Below are positions 1-9,860 of a stretch of DNA of 64,000 nt, one piece after another; position 1 is the first letter of the stretch; every line of letters begins with the position of its first letter. The stretch covers positions 47,200 through 111,199 of the forward strand of contig CADCVQ010000148.1 of the NCBI GenBank assembly GCA_902806175.1, given 5' to 3'. The position numbers and the translations under genes were made by a program. Below the pieces are notes generated by a model. The model did no database searches, was not told the DNA's origin, and was given only the letters and a program-made list of their open reading frames with translations. This DNA comes from an uncultured Solirubrobacteraceae bacterium. GTDB lineage: Bacteria > Actinomycetota > Thermoleophilia > Solirubrobacterales > Solirubrobacteraceae.

Positions 1-798
1 CGCCCATACGCCGACGGTGGCGTTGGATGCCGTCGGACCCGAAACGGCCTTGCGGTTGCGGGTCACGCGCGCCTCGGGAACCTGCAGGACGATCGTCTGC
101 ACGCCGTAGCCGGCGACGTTGTCGATGCCGCCACCCATGTTGCCGGTGCCGATCCCGTCGAGGTTGATCGAGTCAAAGACACGGTCCAGCGCTATGAAGA
201 ACGCATCGTCGCGCTGACCCGCGAACACCTTGCCGCCACCGGACAGCGACCTGATCGCCGAGTTGGCGAGCGACTCGTAATCGGGCATCGTCTTCGGGCC
301 CACGTTGCTCGGAGCGACGCGGAACCTGTTGCCCAGGCTGCGCGCCGACGTGCGCCGGCCACGGCTGTTGTAGGTCTCCCGTACGAGCTCGTAAGCCTCC
401 CGCTGAAACAGCTGCGGATCGTTGAGGCGCGTGACCGGCGTCAACGAGTGCAGGAAGTTGCGGTTGTTGAACTTCGTGCGGAAGTCAAAGCGGTAGCGAA
501 CGTCGTAGTCGCCGTCGCCCGTGTTGTCGATGTTGATGTAGTACCGCGCCCGATCGTCGAAGCGGTAGAAGTTCGGCCCACCCGCTGGATCCTCGAACGG
601 CACCCAGTTCGCCACGACCGTCAGCATTCCCGGGGCGTCCTTGGCCGTGAACGCGTACACATCGGTGTCGTCGGCCGTCGGATCAGCCGACGTCAGCGGC
701 GCCTCGCGATGACTCGAACCGGTGCCGACCGTCACGACGACAGCGACCGCAGCCAACGAGGCAAGTAGTGCTCCCAACAGCAGATGGATCTTGCGCAT
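1..798 (-). CDS. DUF4331 domain-containing secreted protein (C-terminus runs off the window start)
   Basis: Minus-strand frame is open from the ATG at 798-796 to position 1. Translation begins MRKIHLLLGALLASLAAVAVVVTVGTGSSHREAPLTSADPTADDTDVYAF, a signal peptide followed by the SSHREAP...D.TD.YAF signature I associate with DUF4331. Not in the ORF track because it is open at the window edge. Confidence 0.8.
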   Translation of the reverse strand, partial: MRKIHLLLGALLASLAAVAVVVTVGTGSSHREAPLTSADPTADDTDVYAFTAKDAPGMLTVVANWVPFEDPAGGPNFYRFDDRARYYINIDNTGDGDYDVRYRFDFRTKFNNRNFLHSLTPVTRLNDPQLFQREAYELVRETYNSRGRRTSARSLGNRFRVAPSNVGPKTMPDYESLANSAIRSLSGGGKVFAGQRDDAFFIALDRVFDSINLDGIGTGNMGGGIDNVAGYGVQTIVLQVPEARVTRNRKAVSGPTASNATVGVWA

Positions 799-987
799 GG
801 TGCTCCTTGAGTCGTGGAGGCCGCAGCCGCGGATGAAACCTTTCCCGGGGTGGCTGGCCCTCCGGATCATTTTGTGGCGCACGGCCGCTGTACGTCCGAA
901 CTGCACCGCTGTTCCCGACGTGAGGCGCCCCTGCCTTGGATGCACACCGCGCGGGCCGAGCCGACCCGACCTCGTGGCTGCAGGCGA

Positions 988-1524
988 TCACCCGATCGCG
1001 GCCCGCAGCCACGCCAGGCCGATCAGCGTCTTGGCGTCGTTCGTCGCCGCCACGGCCGCGTCGAGGTCGGCCAGCGGCCAGCGCACGATCTCGATGCGCT
1101 CGGCGGCGTCGGCCTCGGCCTCCTCGCACGGCCGCAGCCCGGTGGCGGCGAAGATGTGCACGAGCTCGTCGGAGTAGCCGCTGGAGGGGTAGTAGCACTC
1201 GACCTCGCTCCAGTGCTCGGCCTCCTGCCCGATCTCCTCGGCGAGCTCGCGCCGGGCGGTCTGCAGCGCCGACTCGCCCTCGACGTCGAGCTTGCCGGCG
1301 GGCAGTTCGAGCGTGTACTGGAGGATCGCCTCGCGCGGCTGGCGCACGAGCCAGACGTGCTCGTCGTCGTAGGCGACGACCGCCGCGGCCGCCATCCGGT
1401 GCACGTACTCGCGCTGCACCTCCTCGCCATCGGCATGGCGGAAGCGCTCGACGCGCACGGAGAACTGGCTGCCGTCGTAGGGCTCGTCGGCGCCGAGCGG
1501 CTCGATCTTCGGTTCGTGGGTCAT
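988..1524 (-). CDS. NUDIX hydrolase (ADP-ribose pyrophosphatase-like)
   Basis: 178-aa ORF with a Nudix-box-like stretch, LPAGKLDVEGESALQTARRELAEEIG. Its ATG overlaps the upstream stop as ATGA at 1521-1524. Same position as the Rv1700 NUDIX gene downstream of pyrG in mycobacteria. Confidence 0.85.
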   Translation of the reverse strand: MTHEPKIEPLGADEPYDGSQFSVRVERFRHADGEEVQREYVHRMAAAAVVAYDDEHVWLVRQPREAILQYTLELPAGKLDVEGESALQTARRELAEEIGQEAEHWSEVECYYPSSGYSDELVHIFAATGLRPCEEAEADAAERIEIVRWPLADLDAAVAATNDAKTLIGLAWLRAAIG

Positions 1525-2537
1525 CTCATATGCGCAAGCGCGGTGCCGCCCGCCAGCGCGGCGGCGAAGAACAGCGGGTCCTCCCGGCCCATCGACCGCG
1601 TCGGCAGGCCACTGGCGACATACCCGTCGAGGTCGCTGGGGAACTCGCGCCAGTCGTGGCGCTCGTCGGCCGGCGACTGACCCTGCGGGATCGCGACGAC
1701 AACGGGCCTGAGCAGCAGGTCGAGCACGGTGCGCGTGTGGTGGCTCAGCCCGCGATGGCGCGCGCGCAGGTCGGTCGAGGACATGCGCGGCACGAGCAGC
1801 GCGTCGCAGCCGAGCGCCAGCGCGGTGTGCAGCGAGTCGAGCGTCTGCAGCCCGCCGTGGCCGAGCGCCGAGCCGGAGCCGAGGATCCCGGGGCCGGGAC
1901 CTGCCACGACGGCGTCCCAGCGCAGCTCGGTGAGGCCGTGGTGCAGCGCTGCGGCCGTCGTGATCGACTCGCCGTCGGCTCCGCCGTAGGCCGGCCCCGC
2001 CGTGAGATGGCCGGCGAGCAGCCCGTCGTCGCGCAGGTCGCGCACGACGCAGGAATGCCCGCCCGGCAGCGCGCCGCCCGCGGTCTGCACGTAGCCCAGC
2101 CGGCCCTCCCCGCCGGTCGACTGCCCGAACGCCCAGGCCAGCGGCGCGAGCTGGCCGTGCAGCCCGATCGCCGCGGCGGGCCGGCGGAGCGGAAGCTGCA
2201 GCGCCGCGGGCGTCCCGTCCGCGTCGCCCTCCTCCACGGGCAGGACGGCGTGCTGCAGGCTCGTGTAGTTGAGCTTCATGACGTGCGCGCGCGGCGTGCC
2301 CTGGCCTTCGAGGCCACGGGTGAGGTTGCAGTGCACGATGTCAAAGCCGCCCGAGCCGAGGCCGAGCTCGACGGCCTCGACGTTGACGATCACCTCGTCG
2401 CCGGGTTGCGCGGCGCCGACGAGGCCGACGTCGGCGATCGCGCTGCGGCGCTCCTCGCCGACCTGGATCGAGATGCGCTGCTCCATCGGCTCGGCCGGCC
2501 CGACCGCGAGCACCGTCGCGCGCCTCAGGAGGAGCAT
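1521..2537 (-). CDS. DUF3866 family protein
   Basis: C-terminal 339 aa of the 694-aa track ORF. Start chosen at MLLLRRATVLAV (ATG at 2537). The stretch GDEVIVNVEAVELGLGSGGFDIVH matches my recollection of DUF3866. The upstream part of the track ORF is an Arg-rich shadow frame. Confidence 0.72.
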   Translation of the reverse strand: MLLLRRATVLAVGPAEPMEQRISIQVGEERRSAIADVGLVGAAQPGDEVIVNVEAVELGLGSGGFDIVHCNLTRGLEGQGTPRAHVMKLNYTSLQHAVLPVEEGDADGTPAALQLPLRRPAAAIGLHGQLAPLAWAFGQSTGGEGRLGYVQTAGGALPGGHSCVVRDLRDDGLLAGHLTAGPAYGGADGESITTAAALHHGLTELRWDAVVAGPGPGILGSGSALGHGGLQTLDSLHTALALGCDALLVPRMSSTDLRARHRGLSHHTRTVLDLLLRPVVVAIPQGQSPADERHDWREFPSDLDGYVASGLPTRSMGREDPLFFAAALAGGTALAHMR

Positions 2538-3661
2538 GCGTGCAGCAGCGCGAAGGTGACGTCGAGCATCCCCTCGAGCGCGGCGACGCTGACGCGCTCG
2601 CCGGGTTCGTGGTTTCGCTCCGTGCCGTTGGCGAGGTTCGTGCAGTGAAAGCCGCTGGCCTCGAAGGCGTTTGCGTCCGAGCCGCCACCGGTCGTGCGGC
2701 GCGTGGGCGAGTAGGCGCAGGCGCGCAGCGCCGCCTCGGCGGCGAGCACGGCGGGCGCGTCGGGCGCGTGGCGGTAGCCGTCGAACAGGCGCTCGGTCGT
2801 GACGTCGACGTCGCAGAAGCACGACGGCGTGTTGGCGGCGTCGTGCGCGCAGGCGATCACCTCGGCGATCGCGTCCTCGGCCTTGGAGCGATCGAGCGAG
2901 CGCACCTCGCCCAGCACGGTGCAGCGCGCGGCGACGATGTTCGTCCCGCCGCTCTGGCCGCCCTCGATCCGCCCGATGTTCGCGGTCGTCTCCTCGTCGA
3001 GGCGCCCGAGCCGCATCGCGGCGATCGCGCGGGCGGCCGCTTCGATCGCGCTGCGACCGTCCTCGGGGCGGATCCCGGCGTGCGCGGCCGTGCCGCGGAA
3101 GTCTGCTTGGAAGCGGTAGTAGGTCGGCGACGCGACGATGATCTCGCCGATCGGCGAGGCGTGGTCGAAGACGTAGCCCCAGTCGCTGTTCAGCGTCGTG
3201 ACGTCGAACGCCGTCGCGCCGGCGAGCCCGACCTCCTCGCAGACGGTGAACAGCAGCTCGAGGCCGACAGGTGAGCCTTCGATTGCACAGCGCCGCGCGA
3301 CCTCGAGGATCATCGCGACGGCGGCCTTGTTGTCGGCACCGAGGATCGTGTCGCCGCGGCTCACCCAGGCGCCGTCGTCGAGGACCGGCTCGATCACGCC
3401 GCGCTCGGGCACCGTGTCGAGGTGCGCGCAGAGCAGGATCGTGCGCTCGCCGCGGCCCGGGATGCGCGCCAGCAGGTTGCCGCACTGCGCGCCGACCTGC
3501 GCTGCCGCCCCGTCCTCCTCCACGTCGACGCCCATCGCGCCGAGCTCGCGCGCGACGGCGTCGGCCATCGCGCGCTCGCAGCCAAACGGGCTCGGGATCG
3601 CGCACAGGCGTGCGAACGTCTCGTTCAGGCGGCGGCGCTCGACATCGGAGGCGGGGCGCAT
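2525..3661 (-). CDS. M20/M25/M40 family metallopeptidase (tripeptidase/PepT-like)
   Basis: 378-aa ORF with M20 hallmarks: LLCAHLDTV, GADNKAAVA, CEEVGLAG and GGGSDANAF. Confidence 0.85.
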   Translation of the reverse strand: MRPASDVERRRLNETFARLCAIPSPFGCERAMADAVARELGAMGVDVEEDGAAAQVGAQCGNLLARIPGRGERTILLCAHLDTVPERGVIEPVLDDGAWVSRGDTILGADNKAAVAMILEVARRCAIEGSPVGLELLFTVCEEVGLAGATAFDVTTLNSDWGYVFDHASPIGEIIVASPTYYRFQADFRGTAAHAGIRPEDGRSAIEAAARAIAAMRLGRLDEETTANIGRIEGGQSGGTNIVAARCTVLGEVRSLDRSKAEDAIAEVIACAHDAANTPSCFCDVDVTTERLFDGYRHAPDAPAVLAAEAALRACAYSPTRRTTGGGSDANAFEASGFHCTNLANGTERNHEPGERVSVAALEGMLDVTFALLHACSS

Positions 3662-3714
3662 CGTCGCGTCAGTCTGACGTGCCGCGGACGAAGGCGGCCG
3701 CCGCGCGGGGCGCG

Positions 3715-3936
3715 CTATTCGTTGTGCTGCGGGCTCGTCGAAGGATCGCGCGGAAACTCGACATCGCGCGTCTCGTTCTCGACGACGGTGTGCGTCGGGC
3801 GCGGCGCTTCGCCCTCGCTCATCCTCCGCAGCTTGCGCTTCTGCACATAGCCGCCCGCTCCGAAGAGCGCGACGCTTGCGATGATCCCGCCGAAGACGAT
3901 GATCAGCGTCAGGATTACTGTGACTCCGCCTTCCAC
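3715..3936 (-). CDS. Small single-pass membrane protein, hypothetical
   Basis: 73-aa ORF (GTG start) with one hydrophobic helix, VTVILTLIIVFGGIIASVALFGAGG, followed by a charged tail. No recognisable family and a weak ribosome-binding site. Confidence 0.35.
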   Translation of the reverse strand: MEGGVTVILTLIIVFGGIIASVALFGAGGYVQKRKLRRMSEGEAPRPTHTVVENETRDVEFPRDPSTSPQHNE

Positions 3937-4003
3937 GGCTGTGCGGGTACCCGCTCAGGGCGCGGCCCCAACCACGAGTTCGCGCCGCTGGCGCGGGCCA
4001 GCT

Positions 4004-5677
4004 CTACGTGCGCGTGGCGCGGTAGGCCGCAGGCGCGGGCGCATGCCCGCCCGCCTGCTCCAGCGCCGCCCCGATGAAATCGCGAAACAGCGGAGCCGGG
4101 CGCTCCGGCCGCGACTTGAACTCCGGATGGAACTGCGACGCGACGAAGAACGGGTGGTCGTCGAGCTCGATCATCTCGACGAGGCGCTCGTCGGTGGTGG
4201 TGGCACCCACGATCAGGCCCACGGCCTCCAAGCGCTTGCGCAGGAAGATGTTGACCTCGAAGCGGTGGCGGTGGCGCTCGTAGGCGAGCCCTTCGCCGTA
4301 CAGCGCCCGGGCGCGGGTCTCGGGGTGGATCTTCACGGGCTCGACGCCGAGGCGCATCGTGCCGCCCAGGTCCGTGATCTCCTTCTGCTCGGGCAGCAGG
4401 TCGATGACCGGATACGGCGTCTCCGGATCGAACTCCGTCGAGTTCGCGCCGTCCATCCCCGCGATGTGGCGGGCGAACTCCATCACCGCGACCTGCATGC
4501 CCAGGCAGACGCCGAGGTACGGGATCCGCTGTTCGCGCGCGATGCGCGCGGCACGGATCTTGCCCTCGATGCCGCGGCCGCCGAAGCCGCCGGGGATGAG
4601 GATCCCGTCCGCCTGGCCGAGCCGCTGCAGCGCGGCGGCATCGCTGTCGAGCGACTCGGAGTCGACCCAGTCGATCTCGATGCGGACATCGTGATGGAAG
4701 CCCGCGTGGCGCAGGGCCTCGGACACCGACAGGTAGGCGTCCTGCAGCGCGACGTACTTGCCGACGAGCGCGATCTTGACGGTGTCCGTGGCCTCCGTCG
4801 CGCGGCGCGTGATCTCGGCCCACTCCGACAGATCGGCGGGCGGCGCCTCGATCGCGAAGTGATCGCAGATGAGGTCGTCGACGCCCTCGCTCGCGAACCA
4901 CAGCGGCACCTTGTAGATGTTGTCGACGTCCTTGGCGCTCACGACGGCCTCAACCGGCAGCGACGCGAACAGCGCGATCTTCTTGCGGATGTCGTGGCCG
5001 AGCTCGGACTCCGAGCGGCAGAGCAGCATGTCGGGCTGGATGCCGATCCGGCGCAGCTCGTTGACGGAGTGCTGCGTGGGCTTGGTCTTCAGCTCGCCGG
5101 CGTGCCCGATGTAGGGCACGAGCGTCAGGTGGATGAACATGCAGTCGCGCCGCCCGACGTCAACCGGGAACTGGCGGATCGCCTCGAGGAACGGCAGCGA
5201 CTCGATGTCGCCGACGGTGCCGCCGATCTCGGTGATGATGATGTCGACGTCGTGCATCTGCGCGAGCAGATTGATGCGCTGCTTGATCTCGTCGGTGATG
5301 TGCGGGACGACCTGCACGGTGCCGCCGAGGTAGTCGCCGCGGCGCTCGCGCCGGATGACGGCGTCGTAGATGCCGCCGGCGGTCACGTTCGAGGCCCGCG
5401 AGGTGTTCGAATCGGTGTAGCGCTCGTAGTGGCCGAGGTCGAGGTCGGTCTCCGCCCCGTCCTCGGTCACGAAGACCTCGCCATGCTGGTAGGGCGACAT
5501 CGTGCCGGGGTCGACGTTGATGTACGGGTCGAACTTCTGCAGGCCGACGGTCAGGCCGCGGGCGACGAGCAGGCGCCCGATCGACGCCGCCGCGATGCCC
5601 TTGCCCAGCGACGAGACGACGCCCCCGGTGATGAAGATGAAACGGGTCTTGCGCTGATGTGGCGTCGTGATGCTCAT
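4004..5677 (-). CDS. pyrG: CTP synthase
   Basis: 557-aa ORF. N-terminus is [23 protein letters not shown] and the glutaminase domain has GVCLGMQ. The start overlaps the upstream stop as ATGA at 5674-5677. Confidence 0.97.
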   Translation of the reverse strand: MSITTPHQRKTRFIFITGGVVSSLGKGIAAASIGRLLVARGLTVGLQKFDPYINVDPGTMSPYQHGEVFVTEDGAETDLDLGHYERYTDSNTSRASNVTAGGIYDAVIRRERRGDYLGGTVQVVPHITDEIKQRINLLAQMHDVDIIITEIGGTVGDIESLPFLEAIRQFPVDVGRRDCMFIHLTLVPYIGHAGELKTKPTQHSVNELRRIGIQPDMLLCRSESELGHDIRKKIALFASLPVEAVVSAKDVDNIYKVPLWFASEGVDDLICDHFAIEAPPADLSEWAEITRRATEATDTVKIALVGKYVALQDAYLSVSEALRHAGFHHDVRIEIDWVDSESLDSDAAALQRLGQADGILIPGGFGGRGIEGKIRAARIAREQRIPYLGVCLGMQVAVMEFARHIAGMDGANSTEFDPETPYPVIDLLPEQKEITDLGGTMRLGVEPVKIHPETRARALYGEGLAYERHRHRFEVNIFLRKRLEAVGLIVGATTTDERLVEMIELDDHPFFVASQFHPEFKSRPERPAPLFRDFIGAALEQAGGHAPAPAAYRATRT

Positions 5678-6504
5678 GTGGGCCTTCCGAGCGAGTCTAG
5701 GTGCCGGAGTCCCGGAACCTTCTCGATCACCTTCGAGATTGATCGAAATTCCCCGAAAAGGTTCAGCGCGAGCAGCAGCAGGAGCGCGATCACCTGCCCA
5801 TCCGTGTCGAGCGTCAGGACGATCCAGAGGCCGGCCAGGCCGCCGACCGCGTTGGAGCCGGTGTCGCCGAGCATCCCCCGCTCGCGCAGGTCAAACCAGC
5901 CGGCTACGAGCACCGGCGCGATGAAGATGCCCAGCCCGGCCAGCGCGGCCGTGTTCTGCGTCGCCAGCGTGAGGCCCAGCCCGAGCAGGACCAGGGCCTT
6001 GACCGAGCGGCCCGGTCGCAGGTCGAGCAGGTTGAAGGCGTTCGTCGCGAGCACGAGCACCGCCGTCGCGAGCAGGAAGTCGGCATCCGAGCCCGGCAGC
6101 GAGGACGCCACGAGCAGGGCCAGCCCGAGCGTGCCACCGGCCTTCAGCAGGCCGGTCGAGAGCGACCCGCCGAGCACGTCCTTGCCGTGGCCGCGCCAGC
6201 CGCGTCCCGCGCCCGACAGCGCGTCGTCGATCAGGCCCAGCAGCGCGATCCCGGGGATGAAGACGACCGCGAAGCCGAGGTTGTCGGGAAAGACGTCGGC
6301 ATCGGTCAGGCGCGCGAGCAGCATCACGGGGATCAGCGCGATCAGCGCCGCCGGGACGACGACGATGCCGATCGGGACCGGCAGGCGGCGACCGCGGTAG
6401 TTCTCGCGCGTGGCGCCGGCCTCGGCGAGCCGGCTGAGCACCAGCGGCGTGAGCGCCCCGGCGACCAGCAGCGAGAAGACGAACGGCAGTGCTTGCACCG
6501 GCAC
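5674..6504 (-). CDS. Polytopic membrane protein, MraY/WecA-like glycosyltransferase family 4
   Basis: 276-aa multi-helix ORF (GTG start). Contains LIDDA and NAFNLLD motifs reminiscent of polyprenyl-phosphate sugar-phosphate transferases. Translationally coupled to pyrG. Confidence 0.6.
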   Translation of the reverse strand: MPVQALPFVFSLLVAGALTPLVLSRLAEAGATRENYRGRRLPVPIGIVVVPAALIALIPVMLLARLTDADVFPDNLGFAVVFIPGIALLGLIDDALSGAGRGWRGHGKDVLGGSLSTGLLKAGGTLGLALLVASSLPGSDADFLLATAVLVLATNAFNLLDLRPGRSVKALVLLGLGLTLATQNTAALAGLGIFIAPVLVAGWFDLRERGMLGDTGSNAVGGLAGLWIVLTLDTDGQVIALLLLLALNLFGEFRSISKVIEKVPGLRHLDSLGRPT

Positions 6505-6566
6505 AGGAACCTAGCGGGGCGGCCGGACAAAGGGCGTGCCGGCGGCCGCCCGGGTGCCGTTCGCGC

Positions 6567-7430
6567 TCAGCGCGGGCGCCCGACGACCGGCGGCAGCAGC
6601 GCCTGTGCGTCGTCGCGGCGCCCGTACGAGCCCTGGCTGCCGGCCAGCACGAAGACGACCGCCGCGCGCCCGGCGGGCTCGTCGACGTTGTCGACGCTCG
6701 ACATCTCGCGGGCGCGAAACCAGCCGATGCTCGACGGCCGGCTCGCGCGTCGTTCGGTTCCGACCACCGGCACCCCCGTCTGCACGAGGCCGCGGGCGAT
6801 GCCGTCCTGCAGCGCTGCGAGCCGGTCGTCGGCGTCCTCGTCGGCCGGCCGGTCGGGCGAGCGCATGACGATCACGCCGTCGAGGTCGCCGAAGCTCCCG
6901 CTGAGCGACTGCAGCAGCGCCGCGCGCATCCGGCCGACGAGCTTGCCGCCGAGCACCATCTGAATCCCCGCGCGCCTGCCGAGATCGTCGATCAGCGTCG
7001 GGTCGCGCTCGATGTCGGCGTAGCGCGTCCGCCCGGCGCGGCCGGCGACCGTCTGCAGGTCGATGTTCTGACGCACGACGGCGACGAACGCCAGGTCGGC
7101 CCCCGTCGGCTCGAGCGCCTCGCGCACGATGTCCGGCGAGCCGTCGTCGTCGCCCAGCAGCACGAGCCCGATGCGCGCGTCGGGCAGCTGGCCGCCCGTG
7201 AGGATCGGATAGGCGGCGTTGGCGAACTGGCTCTGTTCGCGCACGCGCGCCTGCGCCTCGTCGCGCTCCTGGTCGGCCTTGCGCACGTCGGAGCGCAGCG
7301 AGTCGCGCAGCTCCTCGCGCGCGCCGGAGACGAGCTCCTTGTCGCCGATCGCGACGCCGAGCAGCAGCCCGACGACGAGCGCGATGAAGACGGCTGCCAG
7401 CGACAGCGCGTGGTAGCGGAAGTCGAACAT
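6567..7430 (-). CDS. Copper transporter family protein (MctB / DUF3186-like)
   Basis: 287 aa. The N-terminus MFDFRYHALSLAAVFIALVVGLLLG is typical of the family. It sits beside steA, as Rv1698 does in mycobacteria. Confidence 0.8.
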   Translation of the reverse strand: MFDFRYHALSLAAVFIALVVGLLLGVAIGDKELVSGAREELRDSLRSDVRKADQERDEAQARVREQSQFANAAYPILTGGQLPDARIGLVLLGDDDGSPDIVREALEPTGADLAFVAVVRQNIDLQTVAGRAGRTRYADIERDPTLIDDLGRRAGIQMVLGGKLVGRMRAALLQSLSGSFGDLDGVIVMRSPDRPADEDADDRLAALQDGIARGLVQTGVPVVGTERRASRPSSIGWFRAREMSSVDNVDEPAGRAAVVFVLAGSQGSYGRRDDAQALLPPVVGRPR

Positions 7431-7443
7431 GCGGCGCCTTGAG

Positions 7444-8586
7444 CTACTCGAGCCCGAGGACGACTTCGAGCTTGAGCCACATGAGGTCGGCGACGTCGCG
7501 CAGGGCGGGCGTCAGTGCGACGATCGCCAGCAGGCACAGCAGACCCGCCAGCGCGACGAAGACGAGCGGGCTGCGCCCCGGCAGCGGTCTGTACAGGCGC
7601 GAGACGCCCTTGGCGTCGACGAGGATCTCGCCCAGCCGCAGCCGTGTGAGGAACGTGGAGGCCATCCCGCGCCGGTTCTTGTCGAGGAACTCGACGAGGT
7701 TGAACTGCGACCCGACGGAGACGATCAGCTCAGCGCCCTTCTCGGCGGCGATCAGCATCGCGACGTCCTGGCTCGTGCCCGGGGCCGGCACGAGCTTGAA
7801 CGGCAGCTCGAGTGCCTCGAGGTGCTCGCGGCCGGGCGCGCGTCCGTCGGGATAGGCGTGGACGACGAGCTCGGCGCCGCAGCGCAGCGACGCCTCGCTG
7901 GCGGAGTCCATGTCGCCGACGATCATGTCGGGCTTGAAGCCCTCCTCGAGCAGCGCGTTGGCGCCGCCGTCGACGGCGATGATCCGCGGCCTGACGTCGC
8001 GGATGTACGGCCGCAGGGTGCGCAGGTCCTTCTGGTGATCGACGCCGCGCACGACGATCAGCGCGGGCCGGTCGCGAAAGTCCGTGTCGAAGCGCGGCAG
8101 CTCGATGCGGCCCGACAGCAGCTCGCGCTCCTCGAGCATGTGCTCGATCGTGTTCTTCGCGAACGCCTCCAGCGCGTCGCCGATCTCGCGCCGGCGCTCG
8201 TCGGTGGCGGCGCGCACACTGGCCGGGTCGCGGACCTCGCCTGTCGCGACCTCCTTGGACCCGCGGATGACGCTGCCACCGCGAACGGTGATCGCCTCGC
8301 CGTCCTTGAGCTCCTTGAACAGCCTGTCGTCGGGCAGGTCGACGAGGTGGATGCCGGCCTGGACGAGCAGCAGCGGCCCCATGTTCGGGTAGGCGCCCGT
8401 CGAGGACGGGCTGCAGTTCAGCACCGCCAGGACGCCCGCCGCGATCAGGTCCTCGGCCGACACGCGGTCGAGATCTCTGTGGTCGAGCACGGTGACCGCG
8501 CCGGGTTCGAGCGTTTTGACGAGGAGCTTCGTGCGCTTGCCCAGGCGGACGGGTCCAGAGAGCTCCCGGGCGACGGCGACGGCCAT
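7444..8586 (-). CDS. steA: Putative cytokinetic ring protein SteA
   Basis: 380 aa with a thiamine-pyrophosphokinase-like core (DMIVGDMDS), a C-terminal membrane helix, and conserved recN-steA-mctB neighbourhood. Confidence 0.82.
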   Translation of the reverse strand: MAVAVARELSGPVRLGKRTKLLVKTLEPGAVTVLDHRDLDRVSAEDLIAAGVLAVLNCSPSSTGAYPNMGPLLLVQAGIHLVDLPDDRLFKELKDGEAITVRGGSVIRGSKEVATGEVRDPASVRAATDERRREIGDALEAFAKNTIEHMLEERELLSGRIELPRFDTDFRDRPALIVVRGVDHQKDLRTLRPYIRDVRPRIIAVDGGANALLEEGFKPDMIVGDMDSASEASLRCGAELVVHAYPDGRAPGREHLEALELPFKLVPAPGTSQDVAMLIAAEKGAELIVSVGSQFNLVEFLDKNRRGMASTFLTRLRLGEILVDAKGVSRLYRPLPGRSPLVFVALAGLLCLLAIVALTPALRDVADLMWLKLEVVLGLE

Positions 8587-8694
8587 CGGCGGAGTCTAGA
8601 TGGGCCTGTTAACGGCTTGCGAAGATCTCCGCGAGGCGTTGGTAGCGTGTCCGTCGCTGTGTTCGGAGCGCTCGCAGCGGTCTCGCCGGACCGC

Positions 8695-9681
8695 ATGACC
8701 GACGTGTGCGGCGAGGACCCCGGCTTCATCTGCCGCGTGGTGCTCAACCGCACCGAAGACCGCGAGCTGGCCGAGCTGGCCGACAAGCTCCTGGGCACGA
8801 CGCTGACGATCATCGCGATCCTGCTCGGCGCGCTGCTCGTCAACCGCCTCGTCAAGCGCAGCGTCAAGCGCGGGCTGCGCACGATCCACTCCGGCGCCGT
8901 CCGCGAGCGCCTCGGCGCGATCCGCCGGCGCACGCCGAACGCGCTGCTGGAGACCGACGAGGTCAGCCTGCGCGCCGAGCAGCGCATCAACGCGCTCACG
9001 AGCGTCCTGCGCAGCATCGCGACCGCCGTGATCTTCGTGATCGCCGGCTTCCTGATCCTCGGCGAGGTCGGTCTGAACCTCGCGCCCCTGCTCGCCGGCG
9101 CCGGGATCCTCGGCGTCGCGCTCGGCTTCGGCGCGCAGTCGCTGGTCAAGGACTTCCTGTCGGGCCTGTTCATCCTCGTCGAGGACCAGTTCGGCGTCGG
9201 CGACATCGTCGACCTCGACCAGGAGACATCGGGCACCGTCGAGGCGGTGTCGCTGCGCACGACGCGGCTGCGCTCGGTCGACGGCACGGTCTGGCACGTG
9301 CCCAACGGCGACATCCGCCGCGTCGGCAACAAGAGCCAGCACTGGTCGCGCGCCCTGCTGGACGTCGAGGTCGCCTACGAGACCGACATCGACCACGCCA
9401 AGACGGTCATCAAGCGCGTCGCCGACGAGCTGTGGCACCAGCGCGAGGACATCCTCGAGGAGCCGGAGGTCTGGGGCGTCGAGCGGCTGGGTCCCAACTC
9501 GGTCGTGATCCGGCTGGTGGTCAAGACGCGCCCCGCCGACCAGTACGACGTCAGCCGCGAGCTGCGCCAGCGCCTGAAGGAGACCTTCGAGGCGGAGGGC
9601 ATCGAGATCCCGCTCGCCCAGCAGGTCGTCTGGCAGCGCGGCGCCGCGGCGGCGGAGGGTGCGGGCGACAAGCAGGCGTAG
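8695..9681 (+). CDS. Mechanosensitive ion channel family protein (MscS-like)
   Basis: C-terminal part of the 750-aa track ORF. Contains GILGVALGFGAQSLVKDFLSGLFILVEDQFGVGD and transmembrane helices. ATG at 8695; an in-frame GTG at 8647 is an alternative start. Confidence 0.9.
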   Translation: MTDVCGEDPGFICRVVLNRTEDRELAELADKLLGTTLTIIAILLGALLVNRLVKRSVKRGLRTIHSGAVRERLGAIRRRTPNALLETDEVSLRAEQRINALTSVLRSIATAVIFVIAGFLILGEVGLNLAPLLAGAGILGVALGFGAQSLVKDFLSGLFILVEDQFGVGDIVDLDQETSGTVEAVSLRTTRLRSVDGTVWHVPNGDIRRVGNKSQHWSRALLDVEVAYETDIDHAKTVIKRVADELWHQREDILEEPEVWGVERLGPNSVVIRLVVKTRPADQYDVSRELRQRLKETFEAEGIEIPLAQQVVWQRGAAAAEGAGDKQA

Positions 9682-9860
9682 CGACCGCTACGGCTCCGGC
9701 GCGGCTGACGGAAAGACAGGTATCGGCGCGCGCCACATATTGGGAGGTCTCCCGATGCGTGCGCCTTGCGCTCGCGGCGATCCTCAGTTGTGCAAGCGCC
9801 ATCGCCGGCCATGGAGCAGCAGCGATGCGACACATGCCCAAACAGGGGAGCAGCAACACC

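Noticed and set aside
936-6400. Long plus-strand ORFs (936-2648 and 3881-6400) opposite NUDIX/DUF3866 and pyrG/GT4
   Set aside because: Their translations are low-complexity Arg/Ala/Gly/Pro strings typical of antisense frames in high-GC DNA. Clear homologous genes occupy the minus strand.
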